Positions 58,194 through 64,000 of a stretch of DNA of 64,000 bases are shown here, in pieces. The stretch lies in assembly GCA_963711565.1 (NCBI GenBank), contig CAVQEQ010000003.1, forward strand, positions 1,510,769 through 1,574,768. The letters run 5' to 3'. The position numbers and the translations under genes were made by a program. Origin of the DNA: an uncultured delta proteobacterium (lineage in GTDB: Bacteria; Desulfobacterota; Binatia; Binatales; Binataceae). The notes beneath the pieces are model-generated. The model searched no databases. It was given only the letters and a program-made list of their open reading frames with translations, and was not told the origin of the DNA. The number at the start of each line of letters is the position of its first letter. Positions within the stretch are counted from its first letter, which is position 1.

Positions 58194-58448
58194 TCAACTT
58201 GACCATGGCCTGCAATACCCACAGATCGTCCAACCAGTAGGGTAGGCTCCGTACTCCTTGTCAGCCCACTGCCGCACCTCATCAAACTCCTCGAAGAAGA
58301 TCTTTGGGTAGGCGGTAGAAACCATGGCGCCCACCGCTTCGCATCAGGCGCGATGAAGCCGTTTTACGTCGTGGCGCGCGTTTAGGATGAATCCCCGCTT
58401 TGCCTCTTGGAGCTGTGCCAATTCCAGATTGGTCACTACTTGCCTCAT
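58194..58448 (-). pseudogene. 84-codon Zn-binding-like ORF (H-x3-C..CxxC) with an in-frame TGA at 58344-58346
   Basis: RBS GGGAGG; MRQVVTNLELAQ..KRLHRA*CEAV..PKIFFEEFDEVRQWA..GWTICGYCRPWSS. Confidence 0.6.
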
Positions 58449-58472
58449 TTTCCTCCCTGCCTCGGGCATCCC

Positions 58473-58667
58473 TTAGTTGCAGCGCTGATGGCGCGCCTTC
58501 CATTTCCCGTTCGGCGGATCATCGTCCCAAACACGATCACAGTTGCGGTCTATGATTGGCTTTCCACAAGAGACGCAATCTGGAACGCATCCCTCATGGT
58601 ATCTGCCAAGCACAATAGTTTGCCTAGCCGGATCAGTCGGCTTCCCGCATATGGGGCAATGACCCAT
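58473..58667 (-). CDS. Small double Zn-finger (LIM-like) protein
   Basis: CPICGK..YHEGC..CVSCGK..HQRC. Confidence 0.6.
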   Translation of the reverse strand: MGHCPICGKPTDPARQTIVLGRYHEGCVPDCVSCGKPIIDRNCDRVWDDDPPNGKWKARHQRCN

Positions 58668-58940
58668 CAGGCGTTCTTTATCACGGATCCTCTACGGGGT
58701 TCGAGCAACTAGCCGCCAAGCTGAAACGCCTCCGGTAATGCGCATAAGGCACGTTAACGGATCGAGAATGCCCGCCGCCTCGCAGAGTTCGAGGATCATC
58801 ACGAACTAGCGTGACGACAACCGATCGACGACGGCCACCTCGTAGAGTTCCGCCCCGTGGCACACAACCTGCTCACTCTCCAACCACGGCAAGCGCGAAG
58901 TTCACAGCGCAGGCTCGGTCGCTAGCAGCGAGGCGTCGGC

Positions 58941-59606
58941 ATGGAAAGCAGCGTTTATCTCAAAGCACGGCAGGAATGGGACGAACGTTACGCTGATCTC
59001 GTCCTCGGCAAACGCAACTGGCAGATCACCGCCGCCGGCATGATGGCGATCACACTCGTGCTGGCTTTCGGGATGGTCTGGGTCAGCACGCGAAGCAAGT
59101 TCGTTCCATACGTCGTCGAAGTCAACAAGCTCGGCTACGCGATCGGCGCGCCGAGCGCGCTCACCGAGAACACCACGCGGATCAGCACTGACCGGATGGT
59201 GCGGTACGAGCTGGCTGCTTTCATCCGCAATGCTCGCGAAGTGATCACCGATCCGGCAGCCGAACACCAACTCATCGGACAAGTATACAGCCGCGCTCGC
59301 GGACCGGCTTACAAGTTTCTCGAGAACTACTATCACGAGAACGACCTGGAACATGATCCGTTCAAGGTCGCTCAACACCAATCTATCAGCGTCCAGATCG
59401 ATTCGATCCTGCCGCTATCGAAAGCGACGTGGCAGGTGCGATGGACCGAGGAAGCATCAGGCCTCGACGGTTCTCCTGTCGCCACGACTCATTGGGAAGC
59501 GGCGCTCGACACCACGATCATTTCCGAGACCTCGGACTCCTCGATCCTGGAGAATCCGCTCGGCTTTTATGTCACGGAGCTCAATTGGACCGAGCAGCGG
59601 AGTTAG
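58941..59606 (+). CDS. trbF: VirB8/TrbF-family conjugal transfer protein
   Basis: ARQEWDERY..NWQ, TM segment, VPYVVEV, TWQVRWTE, NPLGFYV. Confidence 0.92.
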   Translation: MESSVYLKARQEWDERYADLVLGKRNWQITAAGMMAITLVLAFGMVWVSTRSKFVPYVVEVNKLGYAIGAPSALTENTTRISTDRMVRYELAAFIRNAREVITDPAAEHQLIGQVYSRARGPAYKFLENYYHENDLEHDPFKVAQHQSISVQIDSILPLSKATWQVRWTEEASGLDGSPVATTHWEAALDTTIISETSDSSILENPLGFYVTELNWTEQRS

Positions 59607-59618
59607 GAGGCGATCACA

Positions 59619-60563
59619 ATGAAGTTCATCGGCAAATTTGGTTTCATCGCGCTCTCGCTGACGCTCGGCGCCTGCTCAGCGAAGCAAGCGCCACCACCAC
59701 CGCCGCTCACGCTGGTCACGAAGGCCGTACCTCCTCCCGAGCCGGAGCCCGCCGCACCGCTCACCGGCGCTCAGCTACTCGCACAACAGCCCCAAGAGGT
59801 TCAGGAGGCGGTCAAGCAACATCAGCAGGACGGCGCGTGGCAGGTCTATAAGACGCCGCGCCGCGATCTTTACCCGTACGACGAAGGACAAGAGCCTGCA
59901 GTTGACTGCGCTCCGCTTCGCACGACCGACATCCAGCTTGAGCCGGGCGAGACGATCACCAACGTCGCCAGCGGCGACAGCGAACGCTGGCTCGTAACTC
60001 CAGCTTCATCCGGCGATCCGCGTAACCCGACTCCGCACCTTGCGATCAAACCCACCGCGGCGGCCATCAGCACCAATTTAACGATCTACACGACGAAGCA
60101 CATTTACCATCTGATGCTGCGCTCGCGCTCCGGACATGAGATCCAGGAAGTCGCGTTCTACTATCCTGAAGATCTCCAGCAGGCGATGCAGGATGCCGAT
60201 CATACAGCCGCCAAGGCGCGCGATTCTCAATCGCAGCCGGACGGAGTGGTCGCTTCTCTGGCTTCGCTCGATCCGGGCGCGCTCAATTTTTCGTACGCGG
60301 TTTCTGGACCAAAGCTGCCGTGGAAGCCAGTCCGAGCTTTCGATGACGGCACGCACATCTACATCCAGATGCCCGCGACCACAAAGTCGAGCGAAGCACC
60401 TGCCCTGTTGGTAGCCGCAGGCGACGGAAGCGAGATGGTGAACTATCGCGTCAGGGGCGACTACTACGTCGTCAACAAACTCTTCGACCAGGCGGTGCTG
60501 GTTTCGGGCGTCGGTCGCGAGCAGGACCGCGTCAGCATCCGGTACACCGGCGCGGCGAGGTGA
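59619..60563 (+). CDS. trbG: VirB9/TrbG-family conjugal transfer lipoprotein
   Basis: LGAC lipobox, TDIQLEPGE, GDSERW, WKPVRAFDDG, VNYRV. Confidence 0.92.
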   Translation: MKFIGKFGFIALSLTLGACSAKQAPPPPPLTLVTKAVPPPEPEPAAPLTGAQLLAQQPQEVQEAVKQHQQDGAWQVYKTPRRDLYPYDEGQEPAVDCAPLRTTDIQLEPGETITNVASGDSERWLVTPASSGDPRNPTPHLAIKPTAAAISTNLTIYTTKHIYHLMLRSRSGHEIQEVAFYYPEDLQQAMQDADHTAAKARDSQSQPDGVVASLASLDPGALNFSYAVSGPKLPWKPVRAFDDGTHIYIQMPATTKSSEAPALLVAAGDGSEMVNYRVRGDYYVVNKLFDQAVLVSGVGREQDRVSIRYTGAAR

Positions 60564-60566
60564 ATC

Positions 60567-61745
60567 ATGGCCACTGCAACGGCAATTGGACCGACCGGCC
60601 CGCGCGTTCACCAACCGCGCGGCGGCGGCGCACGACTGACTCGCACTCTGGTTATCGTCGCCGGCGTGGCAATCGCAACAGCAATGTTCGTGATGATCGT
60701 CGCGCTGCATTCGGACTCGCCGGATTCCAGCCAGGCAGTTCGAAGCGACGATGCAGCAACCGTGACATCCAACGAGGAACGCGCTGCGATCGCGGAACTA
60801 GAAGCGAAGGCCAGAAGTCAGAAGCCGCCTGATATCAGGTCTGTTCCACTTCCGCCTCGGTCGCCCACGCTGACTACACAGGCTCCTGCCGTTCCACTGC
60901 CAGCGCGTCCACCGAGCAGGCTGGCCGAGTTGCGGGAGGAAGAATATGTGAAGGCGCTCTCCGCGCCACCGATGGTCGAAGCGTTTCACCACGGCGAGAC
61001 ACTGGAAGTTCCAAGCGTCGCCAGTCAGGCAGGGACAACCAGGCCGTACGATCTGACGATCACGCCATCTGGCCAGAGCAACGGCACCAGCGCGATCGCG
61101 AGCGTCAAACCGGCGGAGTCTCCTTTTCTGATCACAGCAGGCAGCGTTATTCCGGCGGTGCTGATTAGCGGCATCAACTCGGAACTGCCCGGACCAATTC
61201 TGGCGCAAGTTCGTGAGAACGTCTTCGACAGTGCCTCCGGACGATGGGTTCTGATTCCTCAGGGCGCCAAGATCATCGGCTCGTACCAGACCAACGCAGC
61301 GTACGGACAGCAGCGCGCCCAGATCGAATGGAAGCGAGTGATCTTCCCGAACTCGTCGAGCATGGACATCCCGGACATGCCGGGGGCCGACCAGGCGGGC
61401 TACGCGGGGTTCAGCGATGAGGTGAACAACCACTACCTGAAGACGTTCGGTACCGCGGCGCTCATTTCAATCATCAGCGCAGGCCAGATGGTCGGGCAGA
61501 TGGGCGCGTTCGGCGGAGGCACCGGCTTCTCCGGCCCTTACGGATACGGCTACTCGACGCCAAACCAAATGTCATTGCTCAGCGAGATGGGCGGCGCGGC
61601 GGCCAGTCAGCAACTCGGACAAGTTGCTCAGAGCAGTCTTCAGCGCGGAATGAACATCCCGCCAACGTTGGAGATACGGCCGGGGTACCAGTTCAACGTG
61701 ATGGTCACGAACGACCTCATACTGCCAGGACCTTACCGGAACTGA
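60567..61745 (+). CDS. trbI: VirB10/TrbI-family conjugal transfer protein
   Basis: AGSVIPAVLISGINSELPG, LIPQGAK, GYAG..D.VNNH, IPPTLEIRPG. Confidence 0.93.
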   Translation: MATATAIGPTGPRVHQPRGGGARLTRTLVIVAGVAIATAMFVMIVALHSDSPDSSQAVRSDDAATVTSNEERAAIAELEAKARSQKPPDIRSVPLPPRSPTLTTQAPAVPLPARPPSRLAELREEEYVKALSAPPMVEAFHHGETLEVPSVASQAGTTRPYDLTITPSGQSNGTSAIASVKPAESPFLITAGSVIPAVLISGINSELPGPILAQVRENVFDSASGRWVLIPQGAKIIGSYQTNAAYGQQRAQIEWKRVIFPNSSSMDIPDMPGADQAGYAGFSDEVNNHYLKTFGTAALISIISAGQMVGQMGAFGGGTGFSGPYGYGYSTPNQMSLLSEMGGAAASQQLGQVAQSSLQRGMNIPPTLEIRPGYQFNVMVTNDLILPGPYRN

Positions 61746-61761
61746 GGAGGAGGGCAGCAAA

Positions 61762-62130
61762 GTGGAAAGCGGAACCGAAGAGAAGACGCTCACTCCAAGC
61801 TATCTCACGCTGACGATAGGCGGGCACCTCAAGAAGGAGATCGACGCATATGTCGAGTACGCCCATAAGGTCGATGGTCAGAAGATCGATCCTGCGGAGG
61901 TGGCGCGGTTGATGCTGTGGCACTTCCTCGAGACCAACGAGGAATTCAGCACGTGGAACAAGACGCGCATTTACGAGAACTCACAACGGCTGACACAAAG
62001 GAGTTGGAGAGATGAAGCTCAGACTCAAGGACAAGGATTTACCTCCCGTGCAGTTGCGGCTCACTTTGCCCGGCAGCCTCAAGGCGTCGCTGGACGAATA
62101 CGTCGGCTATTTGCACGACAGCTTGCATAG
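61762..62130 (+). CDS. DUF2274-like small protein, copy 1 (3' end uncertain)
   Basis: LTLTI..LKKEIDAY.EY..MLWHFLETNEEF..W parallels the next ORF; overlaps it by 119 nt. Confidence 0.55.
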   Translation: MESGTEEKTLTPSYLTLTIGGHLKKEIDAYVEYAHKVDGQKIDPAEVARLMLWHFLETNEEFSTWNKTRIYENSQRLTQRSWRDEAQTQGQGFTSRAVAAHFARQPQGVAGRIRRLFARQLA

Positions 62131-62287
62131 GGAGACGGACGCCAAGGAAGTCGCGATCGAGATGCTGAAACATTTCGTTGAGAGTGACCGTGACTTCAGG
62201 GGCTGGCGTAGTAGGCGGGAAGGAGGCGGCGAGCGGTTGGCGCAGAGGGAGGAGAAGAACGGGGCGGCAGGGGCGATGCGGTCGTAG
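62012..62287 (+). CDS. DUF2274-like small protein, copy 2
   Basis: MKLRL..PPVQLRLTLP..L...LDEY..ML.HF.ESDRDF; usual position after trbI. Confidence 0.7.
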   Translation: MKLRLKDKDLPPVQLRLTLPGSLKASLDEYVGYLHDSLHRETDAKEVAIEMLKHFVESDRDFRGWRSRREGGGERLAQREEKNGAAGAMRS

Positions 62288-62312
62288 GGCAAGATAAAGG
62301 TTTTACCGTACC

Positions 62313-62921
62313 GTGGACGCCTTTCGTCAGATTCTCTTTGTTCGGCGCGGAATTTCTTCCTCGTACCGCATCGCCGTGCCCCGTACTCGAAGAATCGCCA
62401 GGCGAGCACTGTTTCCGGTCATCCTCTGTGCGGGAATCGCAGTACCAGTTTTAAGCTTCGAGCTTCTGGGATTGAGGATCGGTCTCACAGACAGCGCGTG
62501 CCCGCCAGGGATCTATCGGATGGTTAAACGCCCACCGTCGCGCGGCGATTTGGTGCTGGCGTGTCTGCCAGACGCGATCGCACAGCTCGGCATCGCACGC
62601 GGCTATCTCTCACGCGGACGCGGTTGCGGCGACGGCATCGAGCCGGTCGGCAAACGACTCAGTGCGCTCCCCGGAGACTCTGTTGAAGTCGTGCCCGATT
62701 ACATCGCGGTCAACGGCCAACGTCTGGAGCATTCGGCGACGCTTTCGCGCGACAGCAGCGGTCGATCAGTGAAGCACGTCGCGTGGGGTCGCTACACCGT
62801 GCCGACAAATCAGGTGTGGCTATTCGGAACCAAAGACGCGCGCAGTTGGGACTCTCGTTACTTCGGTCCGGTGCCCGCGAGCTCGGTTCGAGCCGCGCTG
62901 GAGCCGGTTCTCACATGGTGA
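62313..62921 (+). CDS. traF: Conjugative transfer signal peptidase TraF (S26)
   Basis: TDSACPPGIY, RGYL..G.C, KR..ALPGD.V, SWDSRYFGPV. Confidence 0.9.
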   Translation: MDAFRQILFVRRGISSSYRIAVPRTRRIARRALFPVILCAGIAVPVLSFELLGLRIGLTDSACPPGIYRMVKRPPSRGDLVLACLPDAIAQLGIARGYLSRGRGCGDGIEPVGKRLSALPGDSVEVVPDYIAVNGQRLEHSATLSRDSSGRSVKHVAWGRYTVPTNQVWLFGTKDARSWDSRYFGPVPASSVRAALEPVLTW

Positions 62922-62924
62922 GTT

Positions 62925-63314
62925 ATGGTGGACGGACTGCACACCAGAGAGCAGGGACTTAGAGTCCATCACCTCGCGAATCTCGGCGGGCTGGTCGCGA
63001 TTGCCGGGCTGGACCGTGAGCCGCCCGACCTGTTGCTCGGCGGATTACTTGAACTCGCAGCACGTCTGCCCGACCTCCCTGCTACACGGCGCGCAGCGAT
63101 CGCTTCAGCCGGGCGCGCGAAGCTCGATACCCGCGCGACCTCGAAGCGCGCCTGGAAATCCTGGAGCCGATCCAAGGAGCTGCACAGTCTGACGCTTTCG
63201 AGCGAACACCTCCGGCGCATTGTGGGCGCGCTGGGCGGCGAGGAGCCGCGCGACTCCGCTGAACTTCCGCGAATGATGCTGCGGCTTCTGGGCGAGGAAA
63301 CGTCAGATGAGTGA
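62925..63314 (+). CDS. TraD-like (Ti-plasmid type) conjugal transfer accessory protein
   Basis: HLANLGGLVAIAGL..D..LLGGLLELA pattern; directly upstream of the relaxase. Confidence 0.6.
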   Translation: MVDGLHTREQGLRVHHLANLGGLVAIAGLDREPPDLLLGGLLELAARLPDLPATRRAAIASAGRAKLDTRATSKRAWKSWSRSKELHSLTLSSEHLRRIVGALGGEEPRDSAELPRMMLRLLGEETSDE

Positions 63315-64000
63315 TTTGCTGCGGCGCGACCTCGGTATGCAACCGCGCCCTCCCCGCCGGCGCGGCGAACGGCATCGCACGAGGCGATGGTGGCTCGCGG
63401 CTGCGAAGCCACAAGGCCGAGCAACCAAGTCTCGGTACATGAACACGCGACTTGGAAGGCTAGGCGTAGGCGTCCAACACGAGCCTCGCGCCTTCATGCA
63501 GCGAAGCCTGGTCAAGGTTTCGTACGCGCGCAACACGAGGTCGGTAACGTGGGCTGCGCACGGACGCTATCTCGCGCGGGAAGGCGCGCAGCGCGAGGAC
63601 GCGAAGGGACTCGGCTTCGATTCGACTCGCGACGACATTAACCTCTCCAAGCTTCTGGCGGGTTGGCAAAAGGTGGGCGACCCGCGGCTGTTTCGGATCA
63701 TCGTCTCGCCTGAGAACGGCGCCGTAATGGATCTCAAAGAGCATGCGCACGAGCTGGTCGCCCAGATGGAACGCGATCTCGGAACACGCCTTGAGTGGGC
63801 GGCCATTGATCATCACGACACTGACAACCCGCACGTCCACATTCTGATTCGCGGCATCACCGAAGCGGGCAACGCGCTTTCGATTGACCGCAACTACATC
63901 AAGTTAGGGATCCGGGACAGGAGCCAGGAGATCGCGAGCCGCAAGTTGGGTCTGAGGGTAGATCGCGACATTCTGGAATCGCGAGCACGAGTCGTCACGC
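63307..64000 (+). CDS. MOBP/VirD2-like relaxase (partial, runs off the window)
   Basis: Hand translation: QRSLVKVSY..HGRYLAREGA..FRIIVSPE..MERDLGTRLEWAAIDHHDTDNPHVHILIRG (HUH motif). Confidence 0.9.
   Translation, partial: MSDLLRRDLGMQPRPPRRRGERHRTRRWWLAAAKPQGRATKSRYMNTRLGRLGVGVQHEPRAFMQRSLVKVSYARNTRSVTWAAHGRYLAREGAQREDAKGLGFDSTRDDINLSKLLAGWQKVGDPRLFRIIVSPENGAVMDLKEHAHELVAQMERDLGTRLEWAAIDHHDTDNPHVHILIRGITEAGNALSIDRNYIKLGIRDRSQEIASRKLGLRVDRDILESRARVVT

Larger units (their letters stand above)
57929..64000. mobile_element. End of an integrative conjugative/mobilizable element inserted at tRNA-Thr; extends beyond the window
   Basis: AT-rich IHF-like AAATCAATTGCTT and tandem GTGTCACC repeats just after the tRNA, then P-type T4SS genes and a relaxase. 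Confidence 0.8.

Noticed and set aside
56326-58346. Genome-wide stop-codon reassignment
   Set aside because: TAG and TGA terminate many conserved genes in this window at the expected positions
58811-58996. 61-aa ORF upstream of trbF as an independent gene
   Set aside because: Low complexity, no clear RBS, overlaps trbF; more likely a remnant of a lost upstream gene

Overview
GC-rich bacterial chromosomal segment. The gene content (tandem DUF1329, CaiB/BaiF pair, LLM oxidoreductase, amidohydrolase-2, ferritin-like proteins) resembles Candidatus Binatota or related Deltaproteobacteria-like soil lineages; this is inference, not a search result. Positions 1-57.9 kb hold housekeeping and metabolic genes (topA, frameshifted dprA, pyrF, alkA-like, chdC/hemQ, cbiA, frmA, ychF-like) mixed with accessory genes: a VapBC pair, an ECF sigma/anti-sigma pair, a GH78 rhamnosidase, a Tat-exported vanadium haloperoxidase, TolC/YtcA/MdtNO-like and MacAB efflux systems, an HMG-CoA-synthase-like/DUF35 fusion with a thiolase, and an orphan HigA. 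After tRNA-Thr(CGT) at 57853-57928 an integrative conjugative-type element begins (trbF-trbG-trbI, two DUF2274-like genes, traF, traD, relaxase) and runs off the window. Observations beyond the ORF track: an NlpC/P60-like amidase next to a secreted tandem-domain protein (candidate effector/immunity pair); an ECF promoter motif present twice; a sigma54-driven small tail-anchored protein plus two more small membrane ORFs around the efflux locus; a modular dispersed palindromic repeat (4 copies); several leaderless-type starts; a hidden Zn-finger ORF with an in-frame UGA; and several single-base indels or stops that may be assembly errors. No CRISPR array or rRNA gene was seen.
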